Source: Somniosus microcephalus
Lineage: Eukaryota
NCBI GenBank assembly: GCA_052327205.1
Contig: CM126206.1
Span: 205,158,001 to 205,222,000, forward strand
Direction of reading: 5' to 3'
DNA: 64,000 nucleotides
The translations under genes and the position numbers were made by a program. Below, piece after piece: positions 1 to 13,693 of this stretch. Position 1 is the first letter of the stretch. Every line of letters starts with the position of its first letter. The notes beneath the pieces are model-generated. The model was given only the letters and a program-made list of their open reading frames with translations. It was not told the DNA's origin and did not search any database.

Positions 1-555
1 ATACTTTAAAGCAAGGTAAGTTTATTTTTAGCCCCGTTAGAATATAAAATTATTTTTTCCAAAAATTTTAATTATTGTTTAAAATAGTTATTTAATGTAA
101 TTTATAGTTTATTTAAAAAATGTGATTTAAAAAAAATTATTTGAAGGTTTACTGCTATTTTGGGGCCTTAGTATTTATAAGTCTTGACAGCTCTTCCTAT
201 CAAGACTTATGAATGGGCTTTTCCCTCCTCCGATTGGCTGCCCATGGCCCACGTGATCCCAGGGGACGCATCGAACTAACTGCGCCCTGGGACACGCAAG
301 CACTGCGCGCCGGCAGCTGGGCCAGGCCCCGGATCGGAATTCCACGGGGCCCTTATGCTCAACTGCCGGCGCGCAAGGTAAGCGCAGGTCGGGGGCTTAC
401 ACCCGCGGGAAGCCCCCGACCCGAATTTCTGGGCCATTATAATATTTATATATCCACATTTTTGTAATTGTGCACATGAACTCCTGGCAAATGAGTAAAG
501 CCTCAGATTGGTCCCTGAAATCATGGCCAGGCTTTTCCTAGTCATATGATGATTG

Positions 556-2230
556 CTGAACCCTTTATTTAGTGCCTTTAACAGAAAAAACATCCCAAAG
601 CACTTCACACAGGCATAAAGAAAAATAGACACTGAGCCAAAGAAAGAGATATTAAGAGGGGTGACCAAAAGTTTGTTCAAAGAGATGCACTTTAAAGAAA
701 GTCTGAAAAGAGGAGAGGGAGGTGGAGAGGCGCTGGGGTTTAGGAAAGGAATTCCAGAGCATGGGGCCAAGGCAGCTGAAGGCACGGCCATTAATTGTGA
801 GGCAAAAGGGTTCCACAAGAGGCCAGTCAGAGGAATGGACAGTTCTGGAAGGAAGATGGGGGGCGGGGGGAGGGCGAGGGGTTGTAGTGCTGGATGAGGT
901 TAGAGAGAGAAAGGGGCAAGGCCATAAAGGGATTTAAATGCAAGGATGAATATTTTGTAATGGTGTGGTTATGATCTGGAATGCACTGCCTGAAAGGGCG
1001 GTGGAAGCAGATTCAATACAAACTTTCAAAAGGGAATTGGATAAATGCTTGAAGGGTAGAAATGTGCAGGGCTATGGGGATTGAGCAGGGGAGTGGGACT
1101 AATTGGACAGCTTTTTCAAAGAGCCAGCACAGGCACGATGGGCCAAATGACCTCCTTCTGTGTTGTATCATTCTATGATTCTAAGGCTTTAGGTATGAGG
1201 TGTTGGAGGACTAGGCACCAATGTAGGTCAGTGAGGGGGAAGAGAGAGTAGAACTTGATGCGGGACAGGATACAGGCACAGTTTTGGATGAGTTGAAATT
1301 TCTGGGGGGTGGCAAATGTGAGGCTGGCAGGAGAGCATTGAAATAGTCGAATCTGGAGGCGACAACAGCACAATGAAAGTTTCAATGGCAGGTGGGCTGA
1401 GGTAGGGCAGAGGCAAGCAATGTTACAGAGGGGAAAGTTGGCAGTCTTTGTAACGGAGTGGATATGGGGTCGGAAGCTCAGTTCGGGGTCATATAGGATA
1501 CATGGGTTGCGAACAGTCTGGTTCAACCTGAGACAGTGGCCAAGGAGGGGGAAGGAATCCAAAAGTGGATGACAAGCAGTCTGACAGCACAGAGGATAGG
1601 TTGAGAGGGATGGTGGAGACAGAGCTGTGTGTCATGAGAGAGCTGGCCTCATGTCTATGGATGATGTTGCAATGAGGAATTAGGGTTAGGGACTCGAGGC
1701 GATAATGAGTGGGTGGGAATAGATTTGATTGCTAGAGATATTGTGGCTATGCCTAAATAGGTAAGAATGGAACCATGCCAGGACAGTCCCACTGAGCTGG
1801 GCAAGAGAGGTGTTGGAGGAGGATGGTGTGGTTGACCATTGCAAAGACTGCAGAAACATTGAAGAGTATGAGGAGAGATGATGTATCATGATCACAATCA
1901 GAGAATGTTGTTTGTGACTTTGGTTAGAACCGTTTTGGTGCTGTAGGGCAGGGAAACCTGATTGGAGTTATTCAAATAGGAAGTTGCATGAGAGATGGGC
2001 ATGGATCTGGGAAGTGAGAAAACATTCAATGTCTTTGGAGAGAAAAGGGAGGTTTGAGAGGGGGCAGTAATTTACAAGAACAGATGGGTTGATGGTAGGT
2101 TTTTTGAGGAGAGGCTAATGATGGCTACTTTGAAAAGGGAGGGTGTCAGTCCGAGAGGGATTCATTTACAATGTCATCTAGCAAGGGGACCAAGAAAGGA
2201 AGTTGGCTGGCAGCTGTTTAGTAGGAATGG
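556..2230 (-). mobile_element. Degenerate L2-type LINE 3' region, interrupted by a short CR1 3' tail (+, ~960-1180)
   Basis: Minus-strand peptide remnants (LSFRPHIHSVTKTA, LQLIQN-like, LSGTVLAWFHSYL) typical of L2 RT C-terminus. Boundaries approximate. Confidence 0.6.
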
Positions 2231-3569
2231 AATCAACATAAGAATTGCTAGACAATAAAAGAGCAAGGTCCATCTAGTTCGCCTTCGATCATCCTGGTAG
2301 TCACATGATACAATGATAACAGAATTGTTGACTAATCATGGTAATCAATCTCTATCAATTAGTCTACAGCAGACCCAGACATGAGGCAAGGATACCTCTC
2401 CAGTGGTGGAGAGCTTTGGAAACCTTAGGTTCAAAGTCACCTATTCCTCCCAAGCATGCTACACTTGCCAATTTTCAGGTCTCAAATTACTCACTGTATC
2501 CAAAAATATTTTCTCAAAGAAATCTAATTAATTTGCATTTGAATGAATTAACGTTATCTGTTTCCATTTTCTCCCTAGGGAGTCTGTTCTGTAGATTTAC
2601 TGCTGGCTTACTGAAATAATGAGGGGAATGTTAACCCTCAAAAACAGGTGGGTTTGGGTCAGGTTGGAAGTAAAAATATTTTAAAATCTCAAACCCGAAC
2701 CCACCCACTTCTGGTTTTAATGGAGGCGGGATGGGCAACCAACCAGCTCCCAGGAGGCAGGTCGCTCATTTAAATATTTTAATGAGGCTGCGTGCCTCAG
2801 ATTTTTTTTTCCTCAGGAAACCTGGCAACTAAAGTGAGGTAAGTGCCTTTCCAGCACTGCTAGTGAGCCAGGAGGAGCAGAGGTGCTTCCCTCCGGCCCA
2901 AATAAACCTGTTAACCTCCCCAGCGATCGAACCACACCGCAGCCCCTGCGATCCGATGAGCTCCCAATGTCCTTCACAGCCCACGATCTCATCCCACTCC
3001 ATGTCCTCCATGGGCCCCATGATCTTCTCCCCATTTCCTCGGCCACCCTATCGATGACCCACCCCCACCACCTCTCCATCCCTCCCTCCTCTACGCTCTC
3101 AATGTGGCTGCGGCCAGGAAACAGATTCCAAAAATGGTAATCAGGTCCTTCCTGCCGGTAAGTTCGGTAGGACCAGAGGGAAACCCGTACTTCCATGTTT
3201 CCCGACCGCAAAACTGTTCCACGCCTTTGCTAATATTGGGGCCAATATTTCTGCATATTAGTTTTAAATTAACCACTCTTGAAGTGAAGTCCGTGTCCTC
3301 TGGTTTGCTACTGTTCTGGACAAGGTATAACAGCTCATCATGGTCTACATTATCTAGTCCCTTTAGAATCCTAAAAGCAGCCAATTATATCACCTCTCAA
3401 CCATCCCTTGAGACATGGCAAATTTACATAAGAGTTCCTCATAATCTAATCCCACCATCCCATCAATCATTCTGGTTGCTCTCTTCTGTGTCATTTCAAC
3501 AGCTGCAATTTGGCAGCTAAATGGAGGGTCTCTATCCTGGTGTAAAGGAATCCATGAACTCTTCACATT

Positions 3570-4790
3570 TGTTATTAGAGGTGAAGGTAAAGGAGGCAGT
3601 GAAAGAGTGATTGGTAGGTGAGAAGGAAGCTCTTCAGGATGATCCTAGGGGAGTGGGTGGTTTTGGAAAAGGAGAGTGAAGCCCAGTAGGGCTTAATGCA
3701 GTCCAGCCATATATGGTGATGAATGGCTAAGGCAGTTGTGCTCAAGTCTGCACCCCTCAGACTTGAGCGAGCAAAGGTGGGAATTTTAACAGGGTAAAAA
3801 CCAAGATGGGAGATAGTGAATGTTTTTCTAGTAAAAAGAGCAAAAAAGGTGGAGGTGTGGGAGTGATTGAAAAAATTAACAGCTGCAGAGATATTGTGTG
3901 ATTTGAAGAGCCAAGCGCGGGTAAGTCGTGAGTTCAAAAGTGTACTTTGGGATGGGTGGGGGAGGTAGTTGTTTTATTGATGGCAGATGCAGAAGGAAAC
4001 AGGGTTGGAATGGGGATAGATGTGGTGAGGGAGACAAGTAAGTAATCAAAGATGGCCTTGTATTTGGTCCAGATCACAGGAATATAAAAGCCACAAGAGA
4101 TGTGAGGACCAGGAGGTGACAATGAATAAGGTTTGGAGAATTTTTATGGAAGGAGAGATTTAGGGAGGACAGTGAATTCAGAGAATAAAGGGGGGGGGGC
4201 AAGATAGTGATTAATATCACCAAGGATGGCGAGTCACTCAGTGCAAAGGCTGAAGGACAGGAGGGAGGATATGTAAATGAAAATGAGGATTTTAAAGAGG
4301 TGGTGAGAGAGGTAAAACAGGGTGAGGTGCTTGAAGGAGGAGATCATATTAGAGCAGAAGGAAATACCAAGATGTGACTTGATAAGGGCCACAATGCCAT
4401 TGCAGCAGTTGGGGCAGGGCATGTGGTAGAAAGTATAGCCAGGTGGGAAAGCTTCCTAACAGGCAAGGTGCCACCACCTGCTTGCCAGGTTTCAGTCAAA
4501 GTCAGGTTGTCAAAACAATCATTCACAATAATGTCATGGTGCCAAGGTCCTTGTTCATGAGTGAATGGACATTTTGGAGGAAATGCAGAGGCGTGATTAT
4601 TGAACTACTAGCAGAGTCAAAGGGGGCAGTAGTGGCTGGGCTGAGTGGGAAGGGATGGAGGTTGGGGAGGTTAATCCCCAGCAGGTGTGCTGGATAGTAA
4701 GGTCTGAGAGAGAAAATGGGGCAGTTGGGGTTGCTGTTCTTAAGGAGGCAGCAAAGGGTGCCTTGATGCACCTTAGGAGAATGTCAAGAG
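3570..4790 (-). mobile_element. Degenerate L2-type LINE, endonuclease region
   Basis: QNVHSLMNK, LTLTETW and G.VALIKSHL APE-like remnants on the minus strand. Boundaries approximate. Confidence 0.5.
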
Positions 4791-5364
4791 AGGGCTTACT
4801 TCAAGGGGATTCAGGCCTGAGATAACAGCAGGAAGGCAGAGGAGTAGTGATGGATTGGGGGTCGGGGTGGGGGCTGGTGGGTGCGGTGCATAGTACTTTA
4901 GGGGAGAGAAATGAAAAGTGGCATGCCTGAAATACAGAAATGACATTTTGCTCCCATAAGAGCGGAACAAAAATTACTGACCTTGTGCTTTGGCTCTTCC
5001 CAGGCTTCAGTTTCCGCCATCGGAACAGCATGGCACCACTCCAATTTTCCTGCTTGCTATTGAGGCGAGTGCCTCTGATGGACTCCTAGAGAGTAGGCCT
5101 CAGGCCTCGATTAAGTTAATGTCCGTACCCTCCAATTTTGGACTAGGTCGATTGGTGGAGTGGGTCTCCCGGAATTTCGGGTCAGTTACTTTATCCCATT
5201 ATTATATAATAAAGGGCACTGTCTTAAGATGAAAATGTATATAACATTTCAAATTTGTTTTTTCTTGCACATCTATTATTTCATTCTGAATTGGAATTTC
5301 CTTACAAGCTAGACATTTTATGACAACTACCAAATATTCCTATGAACAATTCCAACTGCATCAA

Positions 5365-6866
5365 ACATAATAAAAGTGCAACTTTTTATTAAATAAGTAC
5401 AAAATATATCCATATATATATATATATAATATATACACACACACACATTTCTCAGGTTAAATAAATTCTAATGGCTATAATTGCATGTCCATTTAATACA
5501 TTATAGAAACACGTCTAAAAACTAGACTAAGTTAGTTAGCTCAGTCACCCCAGTTGGCAAGTTGGAATGACAATACATTAGCCAAAAATAGTGCAAGCAA
5601 CTTCTCAACACTGAGCAATTATTTTTAAAATGTTCATGTCAGCTTCTTCTACGACATTTTTTTGCAGCCCAGGCCTCTTTCCTGAATGTGGTTTGGAGTC
5701 GAGATCATCGACCCAGTGTCCTAGTCAGTGGTCTGCAGAAGCCTGTGCGCTCAGTTTGCACGAGAGATGGAGTACTTTGGCGTATACTTGGCTGATATTT
5801 CTTTTGTCCCTTTACTAAATGAGGTACAATACTGCTTTCAGCTTGTGATCACTTCACTCCAGAAACACTTTTGGCCTGCATGGACTGGAACAGCTAAAAT
5901 AGGCAAATATAACTAATAGGTGCATGGATTAGTATGTATAGACCAGGCCAAAACACATCTGCTGCTTAAAGCTCCATAAAAAGATCAGAGGTGTTCTGCC
6001 GTTAAATCCTCAAAAAGTTGCTTTCATCCTAAATAAAGTTCAGTGGAACTCTCCATAAATCAGATTTAAAACATAATTGCATTATAGCTGTGTATAAGGT
6101 TATGGAGTAGATTAAAAGTGTGTCCTTTGCTTTAATCAACATAAACTCCATTATTACATCATAAACCGTATTAAATTCATACATTATTAGATTGTTTGGA
6201 CTGACTGGAGCTGCTTTCAGGGAAATCCTTTACAAATATATGAAGATCTGCACTGATTTAGTGGACGCTGGCCAGCTGTTTAAGCACCTTGTTCCTTTGC
6301 ACGTATCTCAACAATTTAAAATGTGCCAAAATCAACCAGATTCTGTGCCGAGAGGAGAAGTCTCTTTACGTAGCTCAGTCACTTTAGCAGATTTTGAGAG
6401 TTCATAAATTTACAACAAAATAGAATAAAATGCAATTATTTTCAGGACTAACTTACAATGATATCTATTATAAACAGTGATTAGTGTTTCAAATTGCTTG
6501 GGATTCATTTTTAAATATTTGAGGCCTCGTTGGCCATTTTGGTACTGTAGTAATTATTTTGGGGAATAAGGTCACACATTTGGGCTCAAAGATGCTTGGA
6601 TTACAAAAAACCCTATAAATATGTCACTATCTTTATACAATTGTTTTGAATTATGTAGTAGTCCAATGTACAGAAATGTACATCCGTTGTCCATTTGTTC
6701 AGTACACATGTATTCAATTTTTGGAATTCAACAGAATGTAGTTCAAGTGAAAGCAATGGGCTTGACTGAAACAGACAAACCAATGTGTTGCTGCACATTT
6801 CATTTGTGGTGTCAGAGGCCCCAAAAAGATCAAATTTCTTCCTTTTCAGTCGACATTGATTTATCG
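5365..6866 (-). other. PLEKHA8: Probable PLEKHA8 3' UTR
   Basis: Unique AT-rich sequence after the stop codon; AATAAA on the minus strand (tttatt near 5385). The end point is inferred. Confidence 0.5.
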
Positions 6867-7064
6867 TTATACCACTTCATCAGATTCTAAATTATATTCT
6901 TCATATAAAGCATCCAAGATCTCTATTTGCTTCCCCATGGCTGGAAGATACTGGTTTAAATCTCTCTGCATTCCTTCATAGAACGTCTCCTTCTGTTCAT
7001 CCCCTTCATTTACAGCAAGTGCTGCCATAAAACCTTCATAAAATGGAGCTGCTCTTAATGCCAA
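6867..7064 (-). CDS. PLEKHA8: PLEKHA8/FAPP2 last coding exon (GLTP domain C-terminus)
   Basis: Encodes LALRAAPFYEGFMAALAVNEGDEQKETFYEGMQRDLNQYLPAMGKQIEILDALYEEYNLESDEVV*, matching the FAPP2 C-terminus as I recall it (..LESDEVV). The tcacag acceptor lies at 7065-7070; exon is 198 nt. Confidence 0.95.
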   Translation of the reverse strand: MALRAAPFYEGFMAALAVNEGDEQKETFYEGMQRDLNQYLPAMGKQIEILDALYEEYNLESDEVV

Positions 7065-7158
7065 CTGTGAATGTGAGAATAAGTCAATCACACTTATTTC
7101 ATTGTTTCTGAAAAAAATGCACTATACAAATGCATTAGACGTATATTAAAAAACTTAC

Positions 7159-7220
7159 TGCAAAGACACCTCTAACGACCCAACCATGGTACTGTCGCAA
7201 CGTTCTACCATACGAAGTAT
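7159..7220 (-). CDS. PLEKHA8: PLEKHA8 exon (NTSYGRTLRQYHGWVVRGVFA)
   Basis: GLTP HGW motif; tttag acceptor and gtaag donor; 62 nt, phase-compatible with both neighbours. Confidence 0.93.
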
Positions 7221-8059
7221 CTAAACAAGAGAACAAAAAAAAAACACATTTTGTGCAAAGATAATAAAAATCCAGAACATTTAAAAACTATATACAACTG
7301 TAGGAAACAATATCCAATTCAAACTGCTGTACATCAACAATTTGCCAAACAGGCTGGATAACTATAAATTCACAAATATTCTCTCTCTCTCTTTTCACAT
7401 TGTAAGCTTTCAGGAAATTGATTAGAAATGAGTAATGCCATTCTCTTTCTAAATCGACAGGACTTCACCACCGTTGGGTTAAGAGCGGCACCATGGAAAC
7501 ACAAAACAAATTACAACAAGGAATGCAGAAGCTATCGCTATTCAAAGAATCAAGATAGGCCTAAACAGGGTCAGGGGTCAAAAAATTCATCTTGTGCTGG
7601 CTTATGCAAAGGTCAGGGGCTATGGGCCTTCAGGAAAGTAGATTCACATTCTCAAAGAAAATAGACATGTGGGCGTGGAGCGGCGCTAATGGCAAAATGC
7701 ACCTATAATGCAATACACACTGCGTCAGATTTGTCAAGGTGAGATAACGCTGAAGTTTCCACACAAACTCATTAGCATAAGGCTGGATGTAAAATCTCCC
7801 ATTAATCAGTGCAATCAATCGTAATCAATGTGTGACTGGAAAATGGCATCCTCCAGCATCACTTGGAGGAGTGGGATTGCCAGGAAATGAGCTATTCTTT
7901 AAGTTTTTGAACTAAATTGATCTGCAGCAGAGCAGAGTAGATCAACTAACTGATTTAATGCTCTTGATCTTACTCTAATTGGCTTTAATTGACTGTTTGT
8001 GTTGTGGCAGAATTATACCAAGTAGTCATTTGTATATAGGGACCCTAGCTCCTTTTTAA

Positions 8060-9280
8060 AAATAATGTCCTCTGGATGTGGGCAATATTGGCATGGCCAC
8101 ATTTATTGTCCATTCCTAGCTGCCCTAAGGTGGTGATGGGCCTTATCCTTGAGCTATTTCCGTCATTGTCCTGATGGTGCCTCCATACTGGTGCTATATA
8201 CAGAATTCAAGGATACTGAGCCAGTGATAATGAAGGAAAGGTAATATATGTCCAAGGCACAAAGGTGAGAGATTTGGAAGGGAACTTGGAGGCAGTGGTG
8301 TTGCAAAGAAGTTACTGCTCTTGTCCTTACTAATGGTTGAGCTTGCAGGGGAGGGAGCTGCTATTGCAGTAACCTTGGTGAGTTGCTGCAGTGCATCCTG
8401 TAGATCATACATACTACAGCCATCATGTGCCAGTGATGGAGGGGAGGGTATATGGAGTTGAACATCAGGGGTGCGAAACAAGCAAACTACTCTGTCCTGG
8501 ATGGTGTCAAGCTACTTAGGAACATAGGAACAGCCTGTACCGTCATTCAATTAGATCATGGCTGATCTGTATCTTAACTCCATCTACCTATCTTGGTTCC
8601 ATAACTCATAATACCCTTGCCTAACAAAATCTATCAATCTCAATTTTGAAATTTTTAATTGACCTAGCCTCAACAGCATTTTGGGGAGAGATTTCAACTA
8701 CCCTTTGTGTGAAGCACCACTTTCTGACAACACCCCTGAACAGCCTAGCTCTAATTTTAAGGTTATGCCTCCTCATTCTGGACTTCCCCCACCAGAGGAA
8801 ATAGCTTCATTCTATCTTCCCTATTAATTCCTTTAATCACCTTAAACACCTCAATTAGATCACCCCTTAATCTTCTATACTCAAGGGGAATATAAGCCTA
8901 GTCTATGCAACCTGGCCTCGTAATTTAACCCTTTTAGCTCCAGTACTATTTTGATGAATCTGCGCTGCACCCCCTCCAAAGCCAGTATCTCCTTCCTGAG
9001 GATTACTTGAGTGTTGCTACATTCGCACTCATCAAGGCGAGTATTCCATCACACTCCTGACTAGATGGTGGAGAGGCTTTGAGGAGTCAGCAGGTGAGTC
9101 GTACAGTATCCAAGGCTCTGCCTTGCTCTCGTCACCATGGTATTGATATGGCTGTTCCAGTTAAGGTTCTGATCAGTGCTGACTCCCTAAAATGTCAATA
9201 CTGGGGGACTTGGCAATGGTGGCAAGGGAATTGAGCTTTTTCTTGTTGGAGAAGGTTATTATTTAGTACTTATGTGACAC
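8060..9280 (-). mobile_element. Degenerate LINE 3' fragments with a nested CR1 tail (~8515-9000)
   Basis: Resembles 24560-25290; the internal segment resembles other CR1 tails in the window. Confidence 0.5.
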
Positions 9281-9720
9281 TGTAGGAATAGGTGTATTCC
9301 TAACCAAATCACTGAGGTCGACTCAGGTGAAACAATCCAACAGGTCTTTAATGAAGGATTTGACGAAGTACAGAAAACAACAAGGATTGATGCAGGAGAG
9401 CCTTGGAACAGGTCTTACCCGAACGGGGACGCCACAAGGACTGACTCGGCAGTCCCGTGGATTGCGTCGTGACGTCATCGCGTTTTCCCGCGCTTGGGGC
9501 GGTCACGTGATGTGCGACGTGACGTCATCGCGTTTGCCCGTGCTTGGGGCGGTCACGTGATGTGTGACGTGACGTCATCGCGTTTGCCCGCGCTTGGGGC
9601 GGTCGCGTCATCGCGTTAGGTCGCGTTCTTAAAGGGGCAACGCTCCGTACATGCAAACTCTATACAAACATAGTTAAAGGGAATTATGCACAGTAAGAGA
9701 CACTCGGTGGTACCGCTACA
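9281..9720. mobile_element. Solo LTR (440 bp)
   Basis: TGTAG...CTACA termini, ACAC flanking both ends (4-bp TSD), CpG-rich interior inside AT-rich DNA. Confidence 0.7.
9469..9615. repeat. ~3 copies of a 50-bp CpG-rich tandem unit
   Basis: GTGACGTCATCGCGTTTKCCCGYGCTTGGGGCGGTCACGTGATGTGYGAC starting at 9469, 9519 and 9569 (third copy partial). Confidence 0.9.
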
Positions 9721-11375
9721 ACACGACTGTTATGTGGCACTTTTCTACCCAAGCCTGGAAGTTGTCCATGTCCTACTGTAGGGCTGCATAGGCTACTTCA
9801 TTATCCGATGATTTGTTCAATGGAGTTGAGCATTGTGGAATCATCAGCGAATAGCCCCATTCCTGACTAACAGAGGGAAGGTACCTGATCAGATCTTTAT
9901 CAAAAGGTTGCTAAGTTTTCTTTGCTATTGCCAAATTTCAAATGGCAGTCCCAATATACTGCAAACAATGCAGCTGTCCCAGCTATCCAGCCCATTCAAC
10001 CTTTCAACCCAAATCAGTGTTTAACATCTATTTTTGGCTGTAAGGTGTTGTGCAATTAGTTGAAGAGCTTCCAGCAAATCAACGGAAGAGAAAGATCAGG
10101 ATTGTGCAAGACAACGCAGGCCAGGTGTAATGGAGTAAAACTAACGGCCGCAGCACACCGTCAGAAGTAATGCAAGAACAATGACAATACTTTATTTCCG
10201 CTCCTCACCAGGTTTTCAAACTTTTTCCTCACCCAGTGCCTTAGCCTCCAATTGTATCTCATCCTTACTCATCACTTAAATACTTCTGAAGAAGTAGGAG
10301 AGCTGTTTTACAGCACTAGAGGACTGGAATAGTACTCGTCCTAATTGGTGTTCTGTTACACACCTTGTTGAAGAATGAAGGAATTGTGCACATCAATTGG
10401 GCGGGAGGCAATCAGAGGGAAACATTAAACAGGATAGAAGGGAATTGAAACAGTGAAAGGTTATTTGAATAATTATGCTAGTCATCATATAGCAATGCAA
10501 GAAGAAGGGATCTCAAAAAAAAAGTATTAAAATCCATTTTAGCAATTTTGTTGACCCTCAAGGGGTTCTTGTTTTTCTTGCTTAAATGGGAAAGCTTGAT
10601 GTATTTGACCAGTCTGTCGAAATAATGTGGAAAATAGTAACACTATTTATAGGATAGCAAAATACTGCAGATGCTGGAAATCCAAAATAACAACAGAAGA
10701 CGCTGGAAAAACTCAGCAGGCCAGGCAACATCAGTGGAGTGGGAAATAGAGTCAACGTTTCAGGTCGAAAACCTTCTTCAGGCAGGCAGGCAGGGAGGGA
10801 GGGGGGCTGGGATCGCGAGTTTGGGGAGGGGAGGAGGGTCGGTCGATTGTGGCTGAAGGTTTGAGGGGCAGGTGGAGCACTCCTGCTTTAACTCCACCCT
10901 CTCCTGCCAGTCATTGGCGGGGGGAAGGGGTAGGGGTGGGGATGGGGGTGTTAAAATTGGCCCCAATACGTTGCTGCTCCAACAGGAAGGAAAGAGTACC
11001 TGATCTGGCTCTGGCCAATGAATCGGAGCAGTCGGCACCCTTACTGTAGGCCAACATTTAGGAAACAAACACCACAGTATTATTAGTTTCAGTGTAAGAA
11101 AAAAATGTCAAAGAAAAGGGCACTTGAAAATAAGCAAACTATAGAGAAATGAAAGGAACCTTGTCCAGATTATTTCATTTCTGAATATAGGCAACATTAG
11201 CAATAAAGATGGCTTGCTGACTCTCTGATTATGTGGATTGATTTAGTGACATATCTCCCTTATTGCAAAGGCAAAGGATTCCTTTAAAAAATACAGCTAG
11301 TCGAAAGCAGATTATCTAAATATCAAATACAGAACTCCTCCAAATTGTCAACACATCATTCACTCTATCCAATTT

Positions 11376-11670
11376 TTGGATGAGCCATTAAACCGAGGCC
11401 CCACCTGCCTGCTCAGGTGAACATTAATGATCCCATGGAACTATTAGAAAAGCTGGGGGTTCTCCTGTTGTCTTGGCCAACATTTATCCCAATACAGCAC
11501 CACCAAATGAACTGGTCACGTATCTCATTATTGCTTGTGGGACCTTGCTGAGGAAAGTTGGTTGCCGTGTTTGCTTACATTACAACACTGAGCAAACTTT
11601 AAAAAGTAATTCATCGGCTGTAAACTGTTTTAGGATGTTCCAAGAATGTGAACAGTGCTATATAAATGCA
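11376..11670 (+). mobile_element. Deu-domain SINE (SacSINE1/AmnSINE1-like)
   Basis: gatgagccattaaaccgaggcccc...gatcccatgg...ggccaacatttatccc resembles the DeuSINE core as I recall it. Confidence 0.65.
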
Positions 11671-11783
11671 AGTTCTTGCTTCTTTCTTGTGGATCAACCT
11701 TTTCCTCTCCCTCCCACTTTGTTGATTAAGCACAGAGTAACAGGAAGGCAATCCCATAAAATAGATGGTTAACTCAGACTTAC

Positions 11784-11854
11784 TTAGTGCTTTTTGGATA
11801 TCCTTTTCTCCATTGTTCACTTCTTCCAGAAATCCCTTCAGAAATTTCAATCCT
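11784..11854 (-). CDS. PLEKHA8: PLEKHA8 exon (GLKFLKGFLEEVNNGEKDIQKAL)
   Basis: tcacag acceptor, gtaagt donor, 71 nt; continues the WLKR-GL motif. Confidence 0.93.
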
Positions 11855-12729
11855 CTGTGACAAGCAGTTAAGGGGAAAAATTGGTGATTTTCACGTTGAT
11901 TACCAATTATTTCTTGATATATTTACAGTAAAGTTTTACAATGCAGTTTTACTTAGATACTTGTTTGGGGGGGGGGGGGGGGGGGGAGAAATGGTTTTGC
12001 ATTCTGTTAATAAGGGCAATACTGAAAGTTGCCACGAGGTGGAATATATATAAACACACACACACACACACATCAACCTAAAAAATGGAAATGCTAATGA
12101 ATGGCTTCAAAAAACCTGACACCGTCCCCAAAAGGCCAACAACTCAAATCAATGTTCAACGGCAAAATAACTCTAAATAAAGGCTTAATGACCAGGCCAC
12201 TGCTTTAAGGTAACTGAATCAGTTAAATTTCTTGAGGTAATTGGCAAAAGAACCCGAAGCAACATGAGGGTTTCTTTTTACGCAGTGACTTGTTATGATC
12301 TGAAAGGGTGGTGGAAGCAGATTCAATAATAACTTTCAAAAGGAAATTGGATCAATACTTGAAAGGGGAAAATTTTGCAGGGCTATTGAGAAAGAGCATG
12401 GGAGTGGGATTAATTGGATAGCTCTTTCAAAGAGCCTGCACAGGCACGATGGGCCGAATGGCCTCCTGTGCTATATCATTCTTGATTCTGTCAAATACAT
12501 TGGGTTCCAAAATTCTTTTAGTACCTGGGGTCATAGTCCACAATTAAGTTTCCTGTGAAAAATTAACCCCCTGGTCCTCGTGTATGACATACCAAAGGGA
12601 GCTACAGTGGGACATGAACTGGTCATGGCTTCAGCTGCAGCTATACATAATATTCCAGCAGTTGTATTGCAGGGAGAAAACAGAAGTACACAAAAGTGAC
12701 ATTTTTGCAGAGCGACGTCAGCTCTGATA

Positions 12730-13230
12730 GTGCAAAATTGATTTCCTATGGGGTCTGGGCAGCACAGCTTCATCAGAATGCTACCGGAGTTACAAAGGTT
12801 AAATTATGAGGCCAGGTTGCACAGACTAGGCTTGTATTCCCTTGAGTATAGAAGATTAAGGGGTGATCTAATTGAGGTGTTCATGATGATTAAAGGATTT
12901 GATAGGGTATAAAGAGAGAAACTATTTCCTCTGGTGATAGAGTGCTGAGCAAGGGGACATAACTTTAAAATTAGAACTAGGCCATTCAGGGGTGGTCAGG
13001 AAGCACTTCTCACACAAAGGGTAGTGGAGATCTGGAACTCACTCCCCAAAAAAGGTGTGGAGGCTGGGTCAATTAAATATTTCAAAACTAAGATTAATAC
13101 ATTTTTGTTAGGCAAGGGTATTAAGGGTTATGGAACCAAGGTGGGTAAATGAAGTTAAGATCAGCTATGATCTAATTGAATGGCAGAACACACTTGAGGT
13201 GCTGAATGGCCTATTCCTGTTCTATGTCCC
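12730..13230 (+). mobile_element. 5'-truncated CR1 LINE
   Basis: LGLYSLEYRRLRGDLIEVF RT tail followed by a CR1-type 3' UTR. Confidence 0.75.
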
Positions 13231-13375
13231 TATGCCCTTCCCCCAGGGAAATTTAGATATTTTTGACACTTTTTAATGCATTTGCCAGCATCGAAGTGTA
13301 TTGTGATCGACAAGTTGAAGCCAAGATATTCTGTAATGGATATATTATACATTAAATATCAAAATAAGAATAGTA

Positions 13376-13693
13376 CAGGAAACTTTGTGTTATCCGGAGG
13401 CTAACTGTCCGGAATGCTCGAGCCACCGGCAAAAATCAGGTGCCGTTTGTTAGGTTTTTTTCCTTCTCGTTGCTTTTTTCCTCAACAGTCAAGCTCTGCA
13501 AGGTCTGCTGAAGCTGTTGCTAAGCTAGAGAGATGCTTGGACTGTTTAGAAGCTGTTCAGCAACAGGGTTTGTTGACAGATACGGAGCTCAGAAGCTTCC
13601 GTATCTTTCAACATTAGCGCTGGAGTGTCCGGCAGTTTTGAGGGAACGGCAACAGCTCGGTCCTGTCGGTGCCAGATAGCACAAAGTTTCCTG
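13376..13693. mobile_element. TA-target MITE (Tc1/mariner-type), copy 1
   Basis: TIRs CAGGAAACTTTG...CAAAGTTTCCTG, TA on both sides; second copy at 32505-32830. Confidence 0.85.

Noticed and set aside
5630-5916. Short plus-strand ORFs after a ttttgcag acceptor-like site
   Set aside because: No recognisable homology or partner exons; lies in the probable PLEKHA8 3' UTR on the opposite strand.
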